32,000 nt of DNA from Candidatus Methylomirabilis oxygeniifera. Its GTDB lineage: Bacteria > Methylomirabilota > Methylomirabilia > Methylomirabilales > Methylomirabilaceae. The notes under the pieces are model-generated. The model was given only the letters and a program-made list of their open reading frames with translations, had not been told where the DNA came from and did no database searches. The stretch covers positions 1,110,001 through 1,142,000 of the forward strand of contig FP565575.1 in the NCBI GenBank assembly GCA_000091165.1, in the 5' to 3' direction. The first letter of the stretch is position 1; each line of letters starts with the position of its first letter. Shown here in pieces: positions 10,801-18,626 of the stretch. The position numbers and the translations under genes were made by a program.

Positions 10801-11512
10801 CGTCGACCAACCGTTCCGGGAGAAGATTCGGCGCGACGCCGGTCAGAGGATAATCCCGGAAGCCGACAATCCCGGGGTAGTAAAGGGACCATTGGACCGC
10901 ATCGATGGGCCTCAGGAGGATGGTCTTGCTTGGGGGTTCGCCTACCCTGGCCGTGGCCGCCTCTCCCGCCCTCACCATGACACCCCCCTGAGGATTGCGA
11001 AACTCAACCACCCCCTCGAGTACGGCAAGACGGGATTCATTGCCTGGATCGACCGAGAGGTCAAACTCCGTTCCCCGGATCGTTGCCGTCACCGCCGGCG
11101 TTCGAATCTGCAAGGGCCTGCCGCGACTTCGACTCCAGACCTCTCCCTTCAGCAGGTTGAGGATGGTCTGCATGGGGCCCGCCGCCGCACGGGTCGCGCT
11201 CCCGGGGGGCGACATGACCTCTGTAATCTCCAGGGTGCTGTTGGAATTGACCTTGATCTGTACTTCGTCCGAGAGGAGGATGGCCGCTCGACTTCCCGGA
11301 CCCGTCCTCACCACATCTCCAGGCATGAGGACGTGCCGGAGCGCTACCGGCTGCCACTGCTGGACCCGGAAGATCTCAACCCTTCCCACGACGCTCACAA
11401 TTCTCCCTGCTTCTTGGGCCGTTGCAACACTGATGCTCAACATAAGCCAGACGATCGAGCAGAGGAGGATGGGAAGGACTCCGCGCTGGGTTGGGACTTG
11501 GCGACAATTCAT
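7850..11512 (-). CDS. FecR-domain / TPR / outer-membrane beta-barrel fusion protein
   Basis: 1220 aa. Signal peptide, FecR-like domain (VVGRVEIFRV...GDVVRTGPGSRAAILLSDEVQIKVNSNS...ATIRGTEFDL), many TPRs, C-terminal TonB-receptor-like barrel (YRLPNRRGLLTLDVRNLFDNRFHFQD...RQVLFRLTVAF). Confidence 0.85.
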   Translation of the reverse strand: MNCRQVPTQRGVLPILLCSIVWLMLSISVATAQEAGRIVSVVGRVEIFRVQQWQPVALRHVLMPGDVVRTGPGSRAAILLSDEVQIKVNSNSTLEITEVMSPPGSATRAAAGPMQTILNLLKGEVWSRSRGRPLQIRTPAVTATIRGTEFDLSVDPGNESRLAVLEGVVEFRNPQGGVMVRAGEAATARVGEPPSKTILLRPIDAVQWSLYYPGIVGFRDYPLTGVAPNLLPERLVDAERRAASRLADSESTVTLGEILFDLGKPVEARRGFEKALTLDPGSPRALTGLGWVYLVEGRTEEALRTFRQATPPTLSALMGQANALYRLNRFDEMEEVVAEAKSRFPSSPQPPTQTALLYLIQGRVGKALQELEHAVALDPGYAPAHGLRSNIALVRNEKGVAQQAALQAILANPSSASAYLDLSLVKQAEFRLEEALQAARKALELEPDNPVAMIQVSRLLFGLGRLSEALSLVEEARQRAPHDPLITSTWGFLMLTQGKVQEALSAFGQAIEQDSTRGEPHLGRGLALFRQNKTEEAVQEMWMATLLEPKVALFWSYLGKALYEVKRYPLEMDPLAIAKTLDPNDPTPWLYDAIRKQSVNRPVEAMQDLQRSIELNDNRAVYRSRLLMDQDLAARGATLARVYNELGFQQLALVEGWKAAIEDPSNYSAHRFLSDSYAALPRHEVARVSELLQSQLLQPISITPVQPQLAESNLFILDSAGPQDPSLNEFNPLFVRDRVSLLASGTAGEKDTLGDEVVLSGVHGNVSYSLGQFHQETDGFRKNNDQNQDIYNAFVQMSLSPSTSVQAEFRYKDFERGDLPLRFDRNNFFPDQKQDDRTRSIRLGLHHAFTPDSHLIASGIYRNADFDTRNFMVKGFDLLTDTDGFMGEIQYLFRWKRLHLISGAGHFDADRTDVTSFLSFPLALTEDDNRHTNLYLYSLINFPHNVTWTLGGSADFFKITTRNKDDRKVLSVLERNQFNPKFGVTWNPFPDTTLRAAVFRVLKRSLLSDQTIEPTQVAGFNQFFDDVNGTEAWRYGVAVDQKLSTALFGGAEFSRRDTDAPGFAPGEGKYRDRDWEEDLGRAYLYWTPRAWLAISAEYQYERFRRRVAFGEEGIAMTHTHRVPLGLSFFHSSGLRARLKTTYVDQEGEFQNRLTGDVLAGSDRFWVVDASIGYRLPNRRGLLTLDVRNLFDNRFHFQDTDPRSPTVAPERQVLFRLTVAF

Positions 11513-11667
11513 GCGACGTTACCTCCCCGTGATAACCAGCTTCTTTGACTCACCCTACCTTGAAAGTGACTATCTGAAGTGAGCTGTAATGTCAAGACTA
11601 TAATAAGACCACAAAATACCTGTCTTTGGCTTAATGAAGAAACTGTGCCAACGCTTTACGCTCAGAC

Positions 11668-11937
11668 TCAAAGCAGGGACGCTATTTGGGACTCGTGAGA
11701 AAAGGTTAAAGCGCGTGCGCGCGCGGCTGCCGCCGTGCGCGTCCCCACCCCAAGCTTCTCGAAAATATGCTCCAGGTGCTTTTGTACCGTCCGTGGACTG
11801 GTATCGAGAATCTCTCCAATCTCAGCATTGGTCTTCCCATCGGTTACCCAAGTGAGTACCTCCACCTCCCGGCGCGTCAGACCGAGGCGTTCAGAGAAGA
11901 TGTTGTCGTGAAACCATCTCGTGCTGATCCTGTCCAT
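11668..11937 (-). CDS. LuxR-type HTH-only transcriptional regulator (89 aa)
   Basis: LTRREVEVLTWVTDGKTNAEIGEILDTSPRTVQKHLEHIFEKLGVGTRTAAAARA. Start at 11937 with SD AGAGGAGG 5 nt upstream. Confidence 0.85.
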   Translation of the reverse strand: MDRISTRWFHDNIFSERLGLTRREVEVLTWVTDGKTNAEIGEILDTSPRTVQKHLEHIFEKLGVGTRTAAAARARALTFSHESQIASLL

Positions 11938-12062
11938 AGCTACCTCCTCTGATTCGGTTATCAGGTTTACTCTCGGCACGTGAACCGGGTGCTTGGTCGC
12001 CATTGAACAACTCAGGGCTGCCGCGTCTCAGCATCTTCTGACCGGAGGGTGTAGTCAACGTC

Positions 12063-12083
12063 GGACTTGACTCGTCGTCAAGT
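12063..12083. promoter_or_regulatory. Inverted repeat in the leader of the LuxR-type gene
   Basis: GACTTGAC-TCGTC-GTCAAGTC, downstream of the predicted P3 start site. Confidence 0.45.
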
Positions 12084-12101
12084 CACGGCAACTGTATCCA
12101 T

Positions 12102-12118
12102 TAACAAGGGACATGCCA
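12102..12118 (-). promoter_or_regulatory. Sigma54 promoter P3
   Basis: Minus strand TTGGCATGTCCCTTGTT. Confidence 0.75.
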
Positions 12119-12227
12119 AAACGACATCCCCCTTTCAGATTCCTCTATCTCTGCATTTTCATGACGCCTTGTGACTATTTCATTTCCAGAGTGAGGAGGG
12201 GATCAGCCACAAGAGAGCCCTGCAACA

Positions 12228-12264
12228 TGAAACATAATGTTTCACGCGGTTTCACTCTGAAACA
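12228..12264 (-). promoter_or_regulatory. Enhancer (UAS) array for P3
   Basis: + strand TGAAACATAATGTTTCACGCGGTTTCACTCTGAAACA, the most canonical copy. Confidence 0.8.
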
Positions 12265-12574
12265 TCGGCGCTATAGGGATGTTGATAGCTCATCCGGTGA
12301 ACGCTGACCGTTCCGATCCAACCCGCACAGCCATTACGAGGACGAGTTCTATTTCGGAGTAACCGTAGTGGACGGGTAGGGTGAATTCGGTAAGTGTCGA
12401 GCAACAAGCAAAGAGGGGAGGGAAGCAGACAGCAGGGGTAACGGGCAGAATCCCAGTGGTGTGAGTCGCCCTGTCGGTGTACACACGGAATCTGACAGGC
12501 TTTCATCTGGAGCCACAAGACGTCAGCAGGCGAGCATTACTGGACTATCGGCGGTCTGCCGATCGAGCTGTGAC

Positions 12575-13615
12575 TTAGAACCGCCAGGTGAGCTTGGCCA
12601 AGACGCTGCGCTGGACCTCTGTCGAATTGAAAGGATCTCCGATGCCTATCTTTCCGAACCCCGGATGCCGGTCGTCCAGGAGATTCTGGCCGATCACGCC
12701 CAGATCCAGTGCGCTCGTGGGACGACGGTAGAGGTATTATCCATGGCGTCGATCGTCCCGCGCGTGTCAAAACCCCAGATGATATCGTGAGCCGCGCCCA
12801 AACCGAACCGGGGCTGGACATTGAGGTCGACCGTATCGCGAGCCTCTCGGATAATCTGGCGCCGGTCCGTTCTGTCATAGTAAAACTGTACTCGGAACTC
12901 CGATCCGTCGATCAGGCGCCGCCGCCATCGCGTCAGAATGTTGCCGCCCGCGAAATCGTCTCTGCTGTCACGCGTCGATGCAAAGGGAGGCGCGAGCTGG
13001 GGGGCAGTCGTCGTCTCGTTGAAATTACCCGTGTAGATGTTCTCCATGGATGGTGACCGAATCGCGCGCTGAGGCGTCCCAGTCGATCCGGAAGCCGCCA
13101 CGATACAATTCCCAACTATCGGCGGCATCTCGATCGTTTGCGGTGACGAAGTGGTCGCGATCGAAATACTTCGCATAGGCCCGGTAGTGCGCCGCCTCTG
13201 ACAGCTTCCCGCCGCAACGCAGTCCGACAAACCCCTGTTCCTCATTGCCGATCCCACCTTCAAGGTAGCCGCCCTGGGTCGTGCCGGCGTGCTTGGTAAT
13301 GATATTAATGACACCGTTGATGGCATTGGCACCCCAGAGCGTTCCGCCGGGCCCGCGGATCACCTCGATCCGGTCGATATCCTCCAGTAGGGTATCCTGC
13401 ACATCCCAGAAGGTCCCGGCAAACAGCGGCGTGTAGACGGTCCGGCCGTCGATTAGGACCAGCAGCTTATCTGCGAAAAGGCCGTTGAATCCGCGAGCAG
13501 AGATGGTCCACTTGTTGGCGCTGAACCGTGCGACCTGGATACCAGGCGCCACGCGTAACGCCTCAGGAATGCTGGTGACGCCGGATCGGCGGATCTCCTC
13601 GCCAGTAATAACGTA
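12575..13615 (-). pseudogene. Degenerate TonB-dependent receptor
   Basis: Plug fragment YVITGEEIRRSGVTSIPEALRVAPGIQVARFSANKWTISARGFNG...GPGGTLWGANAINGVINIITK, an in-frame stop just upstream, a frameshift into ORF 12694..13332, and a separate C-terminal fragment ending in VLAKLTWRF*. Confidence 0.85.
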
Positions 13616-14022
13616 AGCGGCTGCAGGACTACTCTAGAGCGGTTCTTCCTTGATGAGCGCTGAGATGAGTTCTGCTCTCCGGGCGTATCGCTTGAGCCTC
13701 ACGCCATCTACCCCGCTTCCCGGGCCAGGTTCGGCCCGACATACTACAAGGGTAAGACCAACGGTTAGAACCGGACAGGCTGTCAGAATCAGTGCTGAAT
13801 TAACAAATTACAGGCGCCTATCGCGTATCGTTACAAATGAGAGCTGGCGTGCCCACGTCACATGATTCCGAGATGGAGTATCTGACGCAAACCCATGTCA
13901 AGACTATAATGCAGCCCACCAGGCAACAGTCTTGAGTGTTTTTTGTGCGAGGAATCGCGGTCGCACCTTTAGGCGGGAAGAAGTAGAGGCGAGGCGGCTG
14001 TGACATGCGCGGGATATATCGA

Positions 14023-14367
14023 TTATTTCGTGTGCTGCAAGGCCTCGTTAATCTGCGCGAGGAGGTCTCGGAGATGAGAGAGCTCCGCCTCTATGGTTGC
14101 TCGACCGAACGGCTCGTCCCGCAAGATCGCTTCAACCACATCATCGCGTGACATCAAAGGACCGCTCATCACCTGCACCTTGTAGTCGGGACCCACGCGC
14201 TGTCGCTCGATCACCAATCGCTTCAGATGTTCTATGGTTAATCGTTCAAGAGGGTAGATCTCCTCGGCGCGGGAGATGATCTCATCGAACGTGATGAACT
14301 TGTTCCGATGGGGATCATAACATAGGGGCTTCTTACGGTCCGGGCCTTGAATGTTCGGCATTGCCAT
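14023..14367 (-). CDS. Hypothetical 114-aa protein sharing a domain with the N-terminus of the caspase-like protein
   Basis: KKPL...LERLTIEHLKRLVIERQRVGPDYKVQVMSGPLMSRDDVVEAILRDEPFG aligns with the neighbouring protein's N-terminal region. SD GAGGAG. Confidence 0.7.
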   Translation of the reverse strand: MAMPNIQGPDRKKPLCYDPHRNKFITFDEIISRAEEIYPLERLTIEHLKRLVIERQRVGPDYKVQVMSGPLMSRDDVVEAILRDEPFGRATIEAELSHLRDLLAQINEALQHTK

Positions 14368-14426
14368 TTGTCGCTCTCCTCTTTTATGCTAGTTGCAAGT
14401 GGTGAACGGATTCGCCTTGCAGAGTA

Positions 14427-14455
14427 TAGCACCGCCCGCCCTGCGGGCGGTGCTA
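14427..14455. repeat. 13-bp perfect hairpin between the caspase-like and 114-aa genes
   Basis: TAGCACCGCCCGC-CCT-GCGGGCGGTGCTA. Confidence 0.55.
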
Positions 14456-14507
14456 CGTTCGTCCGTTTCCACCCAACCGCGCCTGTCTTGAGTTTTCTGT
14501 AGAGAGT

Positions 14508-15635
14508 TCAGTCTTCGAGTACACCTGCCCCGAGCAGAGCGGTCTCCATCTCGAGTGGTCGGATCGGGAAACAGATCTTGACCCAGCGGTACGGTGTAAT
14601 GGTGGCTGTGGTGGAGCCGTGCAATCTCATGTGGTCTCGATCAAAGGTCAACCATGCGGCTGCCGCGGTGTTCGGCACCTGCGCAATGGCTGCATTGAAT
14701 GCCTGCTGTGCGGCGTTGAATGCCTGCCCGGCAGTCGCTCCCGCCGCCATCTGCAAGTCAAATGTGGCATCCGACTGAAGGAAGAGCAGGAACTCGTTGA
14801 CCGGTGTTGACGAGTTGTCCCACACGAACGTGAAGTTTTCATCGTAGCCGCAGTAGGCCTTCGCACCATTGGTTACAGTATTGGGTCCGAGATCCCGGGC
14901 GGTACGACAACTCAGAAAATGGAGTGTCTTGTCTTTAACCTCAGTAGGATCGTAGTGACTGACTCGGAGGATCGGATCACCGGAATGGCCTGTATACACG
15001 TCATAATTGCCATGGCCGACGCCGCCGATGTACGTTGTCAAGACGTTCTTGGCCACCGGGACAAAGTTTGCTCGCACGTCGTTTGTACCGGTCAGCGCAA
15101 CAACGGTAAAGCCGCGCGTTTGGAATTGGGAATGCACGTTTGCAATGCGCCAGTTTGCTATCGGCGTAGTGACACCGTCGGTGGTGTTCTCGCAGAAAAG
15201 CGCTCGGTTGCTTACACGCAGCCAGATGCAGTGCTTGACCGGCTTCCATGGAGGCGGAATCTTGGTCGGTTTTGAAGGTGCCTGTGGCCATGACGGTTTC
15301 TTACCGTCCATCAGGCTGGTGGCGAGTTCCGAGCAGTAGCCCATCTCGGTCCTGGTGGCCAGCTTACCGAATTCAGTTCCTTTTTTTATGTGATCGATAA
15401 TGTCGTCTTTCGAGTAGACGCCGAGTTGAATAATACCGAGCTTGAAGTCCGGCTCCAGGGAGTAGCGTTCAATGGCGAGCTTGGCCTGTAGTTCCTCGCT
15501 CAATGTGAACAGTGATCCCATGCCCAGTGAAGGTGTTTCCGCAACCTGCTGGACCGTCAGAAACCGCCCCTCCGAAGTAATCAACAGCGGTTTCTTCGCA
15601 GCGAATGGCTTGAACTCCAATTGTCGGATTTTCAT
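14508..15635 (-). CDS. Putative caspase/gingipain-fold (clan CD-like) cysteine peptidase with N-terminal prodomain-like region
   Basis: TYIGGVGHGNYDVYTGHSG (His-Gly) followed by KTLHFLSCRTARDLG (Cys) and AKAYCGYDENFTFVW. Start MKIRQLEF at 15635 with SD AAAAGGAG. Confidence 0.6.
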   Translation of the reverse strand: MKIRQLEFKPFAAKKPLLITSEGRFLTVQQVAETPSLGMGSLFTLSEELQAKLAIERYSLEPDFKLGIIQLGVYSKDDIIDHIKKGTEFGKLATRTEMGYCSELATSLMDGKKPSWPQAPSKPTKIPPPWKPVKHCIWLRVSNRALFCENTTDGVTTPIANWRIANVHSQFQTRGFTVVALTGTNDVRANFVPVAKNVLTTYIGGVGHGNYDVYTGHSGDPILRVSHYDPTEVKDKTLHFLSCRTARDLGPNTVTNGAKAYCGYDENFTFVWDNSSTPVNEFLLFLQSDATFDLQMAAGATAGQAFNAAQQAFNAAIAQVPNTAAAAWLTFDRDHMRLHGSTTATITPYRWVKICFPIRPLEMETALLGAGVLED

Positions 15636-15787
15636 GTCGTTTCTCCTTTTTGCGACCACCGCCTCTGCAATGAAGAGGCGAGCCGATGGTGGTATGTCGT
15701 TTCTCTTGTCTGCGCGCCTCGCATCCTATGTTATCTTCGGGTGGTTTGGGGGTAGCTGAAACGAGTAGTTTTCATTTGATCAGACTT

Positions 15788-15814
15788 TTACCCGCTATCT
15801 AAAATGGTTCTCAC
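15788..15814 (-). CDS. Possible 8-aa leader peptide (MRTILDSG)
   Basis: GTG start 9 nt after AAAGGAGG, directly downstream of P4. Confidence 0.2.
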   Translation of the reverse strand: MRTILDSG

Positions 15815-15871
15815 AGTGCACCACCTCCTTTTGATGAACAACGAATCGAGCATCAGGATAACCAGGTGATT

Positions 15872-15888
15872 AACAAGCCGCGTGCCAA
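15872..15888 (-). promoter_or_regulatory. Sigma54 promoter P4
   Basis: Minus strand TTGGCACGCGGCTTGTT. Confidence 0.8.
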
Positions 15889-15995
15889 TACAAACGAAAC
15901 ACCGCAGCTTTTCGTAATTCCGCGTTTCTATTGTTCCCGATCGGAGCGCTTCATCGGGGGCAACGGCTGATTCGATGCATCTGGAGAATTCCAGA

Positions 15996-16032
15996 TGAAA
16001 CGCGATGTTCCAAGGGATTCCATTCTGAAACA
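15996..16032 (-). promoter_or_regulatory. Enhancer (UAS) array for P4 (degenerate copy)
   Basis: + strand TGAAACGCGATGTTCCAAGGGATTCCATTCTGAAACA, same spacing as the other three. Confidence 0.65.
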
Positions 16033-16276
16033 CCAACAACGAGACATGCAGTGGTCAACGGCCGTGGGTCCACGCTGAAAGCTGAAGGAGCGCGACCGGA
16101 CCGACCTTCAACTAATTTGCCGTCGGTCTCCAGTCTGGGGCCGATAGATGAGTAAAGCGCGATGAAGGCTGCTTTCTGACACGGTGTAATGCTTGACAAC
16201 CCGCCTGAAATCGCCTACGGTTGTCAGAGATAATCAGGGTAGAGGCGCTATACGCTTGCGGGTCAAGGAGGGTGGC

Positions 16277-17332
16277 ATGGCGGAGAGGACGGCAGAACGC
16301 GGGGACGGGAAAGAGCGGGAGCGCGCGCTGGATCTGGCAATCGCCCAGATTGAAAAACTGTACGGCAAAGGCTCCATCATGAGGATGGGCACTTCCGGCG
16401 CCCTCGTGCCTATTGCGGCGATTTCCACGGGCTCGCTGGAGTTGGACGCGGCGCTGGGAGTCGGGGGCGTGCCACGGGGACGCATCATCGAGATCTTCGG
16501 GCCGGAGTCTTCCGGAAAAACGACATTAGCTCTGCACATCATCGCTGAGGCGCAGCGGGTGGGCGGTTCTGCCGCTTTTGTCGATGCCGAGCACGCGCTT
16601 GACGCCGCCTATGCCAGATCCCTGGGAGTGAAGATCGACGATGTGCTGATCTCTCAACCGGATACGGGGGAGCAGGCTCTCGAGATTACTGAAGTCCTGG
16701 TTCGGAGCGGGGCCATTGATGTCGTTGTGATCGACTCGGTTGCCGCCCTCGTCCCCCGGGCCGAGATCGAGGGCGAGATGGGTGAACCGACGATGGGCCT
16801 TCAGGCCCGCCTGATGTCTCAGGCGCTGCGAAAGCTGACGGCAGCCATCAGCAAGTCGAAGACCTGCGTGATCTTCATCAACCAGCTTCGAGAGAAGATC
16901 GGGGTCATGTTCGGCAACCCCGAGACCACGACCGGAGGCCGCGCATTAAAGTTTTACTCGTCGGTTCGACTCGATATCAGGAGAATCTCAAGTATTAAAG
17001 AAGGGGAGAATGTGGTGGGGTCGCGCGTCAAGGTTAAGGTGGTCAAGAACAAGGTTGCGCCCCCCTTCAAAGAGGCAGAGTTCGACCTCATCTACGGCGA
17101 GGGGATCTCTCGAACCGGAGGCATATTGGACCTTGGCGTCGAGCACAAGATTATTGAAAAGAGCGGATCGTGGTTTTCCTACACCGGGGAGCGAATTGGC
17201 CAGGGTCGGGAGAACGCGAAGCGCTTCTTGCAGGAGAACGCCGCGCTCTGCAACGAAATCGAAGTGAAAGTGCGTGCGGCCCTGGGGCTGACCGCCGCCG
17301 TTGAGACGGCTGTATCGTCGCAGGCGCGGTAG
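16277..17332 (+). CDS. recA: Recombinase RecA
   Basis: [62 protein letters not shown]. Start MAERTAER with SD GGAGGG. Confidence 0.98.
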   Translation: MAERTAERGDGKERERALDLAIAQIEKLYGKGSIMRMGTSGALVPIAAISTGSLELDAALGVGGVPRGRIIEIFGPESSGKTTLALHIIAEAQRVGGSAAFVDAEHALDAAYARSLGVKIDDVLISQPDTGEQALEITEVLVRSGAIDVVVIDSVAALVPRAEIEGEMGEPTMGLQARLMSQALRKLTAAISKSKTCVIFINQLREKIGVMFGNPETTTGGRALKFYSSVRLDIRRISSIKEGENVVGSRVKVKVVKNKVAPPFKEAEFDLIYGEGISRTGGILDLGVEHKIIEKSGSWFSYTGERIGQGRENAKRFLQENAALCNEIEVKVRAALGLTAAVETAVSSQAR

Positions 17333-17337
17333 CATCG

Positions 17338-17377
17338 CAGGCAGATAGACTGAAGCCTGAAGAATTTTAGGGGTAGG
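17338..17377 (+). repeat. Dispersed 40-bp repeat, copy 1
   Basis: CAGGCAGATAGACTGAAGCCTGAAGAATTTTAGGGGTAGG; see copy at 27030-27070. Confidence 0.7.
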
Positions 17378-17486
17378 AACCGAGAAGATCGTGAATGGCT
17401 TGAGTTGTACCTTGCGAGATACGATATGACCTTCAGTCTTCAGCCTAAACACCTGAGTAGTTACAAAGAGAGAGATATCTACAGGG

Positions 17487-18626
17487 ATGCCTTTCGATCT
17501 TGATGGACTGCTGAGACTGGCCATTGAACAACGCGCCTCGGACCTCCACCTGAAAGTCGGCGCTCCGCCTCTTCTCCGAGTCGACCATCAGCTTATTCCG
17601 GTGCAAGATCGACCGTATCTCACCCAGGCCGACCTCGACGCGACGGTCGGCCTGGTGACGACCGAGTTGCAGCGGCAGCAGTTTGTGCAACATCGGGAAC
17701 TGGACGTCAGTTATGGTGTCGCCGGGTTGGGGCGGTTTCGCACCAATCTCTTTCAGCAGCGCGGAACGGTGGGGGCCACCTTTCGGGTCATCCCGCTCAC
17801 AGTTGACACGATCGAAGAGCTGAACCTTCCGTCGATCATCGGGAAGTTGGCGATGGAACCCAGAGGGATGGTATTGGTCACCGGGACCGCAGGAAGCGGA
17901 AAATCGACGACCCTCGCAGCGATGATCGGTCACATCAACAACAATAGAACCGGCCACATCGTCACCATCGAGGACCCGATCGAGTTCCTCCATGCGGACA
18001 ATCGGTGCTTGATCAACCAGCGGGAGGTTGGAATCGATACGGAGTCGTTCGCCGGGGCACTGCGCAGCGCGCTTCGCCAGGACCCGGATGTGATCCTGGT
18101 GGGAGAAATGCGCGACTTCGACACGATCAGTACGGCCATTGTAGCGGCCGAGACGGGCCACTTGGTGTTGAGTACCCTGCACACTATCGATGCCGCCGAA
18201 ACGGTCAACCGCATCATCGCGATCTTTCCGCCCTATCAGCAGAAGCAGATCCGGTTACAACTCGCTGCGCTGCTTCGGGGAGTCATCTCGATGCGCTTGA
18301 TCCCGCGAATCGACGGCGTAGGACGCGTGCCGGCAGTCGAGGTGATGGTTGCCACCGCGACCATTCGGGAATGTATCGCTGATACCGACAAGACCAGAAA
18401 GATTCCGGAGGTTATCGCGGCCGGGACGTCGGAGTATGGGATGCAGACCTTCGACCAATCGCTCATGAGCCTGTTCCAACGGGGCCTGGTGAGTTACGAG
18501 GAGGCACTGAGATGGAGCAGCAACCCCAACGACTTCGCGCTCAAGGTTCGAGGGATCGAGAGTGCGGCGGATCAATCCTGGACTCCGGAACGAAAGGGAC
18601 AGCCTCGCGAACGAAAGCTTCACTGA
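17487..18626 (+). CDS. pilT: PilT-like type IV pilus retraction ATPase
   Basis: ASDLHLKVGAPPLLRVD, GTAGSGKSTTLAAMI, TIEDPIEFLH, GEMRDFDTISTAIVAAETGHLVLSTLHT. Confidence 0.92.
   Translation: MPFDLDGLLRLAIEQRASDLHLKVGAPPLLRVDHQLIPVQDRPYLTQADLDATVGLVTTELQRQQFVQHRELDVSYGVAGLGRFRTNLFQQRGTVGATFRVIPLTVDTIEELNLPSIIGKLAMEPRGMVLVTGTAGSGKSTTLAAMIGHINNNRTGHIVTIEDPIEFLHADNRCLINQREVGIDTESFAGALRSALRQDPDVILVGEMRDFDTISTAIVAAETGHLVLSTLHTIDAAETVNRIIAIFPPYQQKQIRLQLAALLRGVISMRLIPRIDGVGRVPAVEVMVATATIRECIADTDKTRKIPEVIAAGTSEYGMQTFDQSLMSLFQRGLVSYEEALRWSSNPNDFALKVRGIESAADQSWTPERKGQPRERKLH

Noticed and set aside
13650-14006. 71-aa and 62-aa ORFs between the receptor remnant and the 114-aa gene
   Set aside because: Opposite or overlapping frames, no SD support or recognisable motifs, adjacent to a decayed gene.
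15788-16039. 83-aa minus-strand ORF MLVFQNGIPW...
   Set aside because: Spans the UAS4 array, the sigma54 promoter and an SD; only its last eight codons are in a plausible leader-peptide position.
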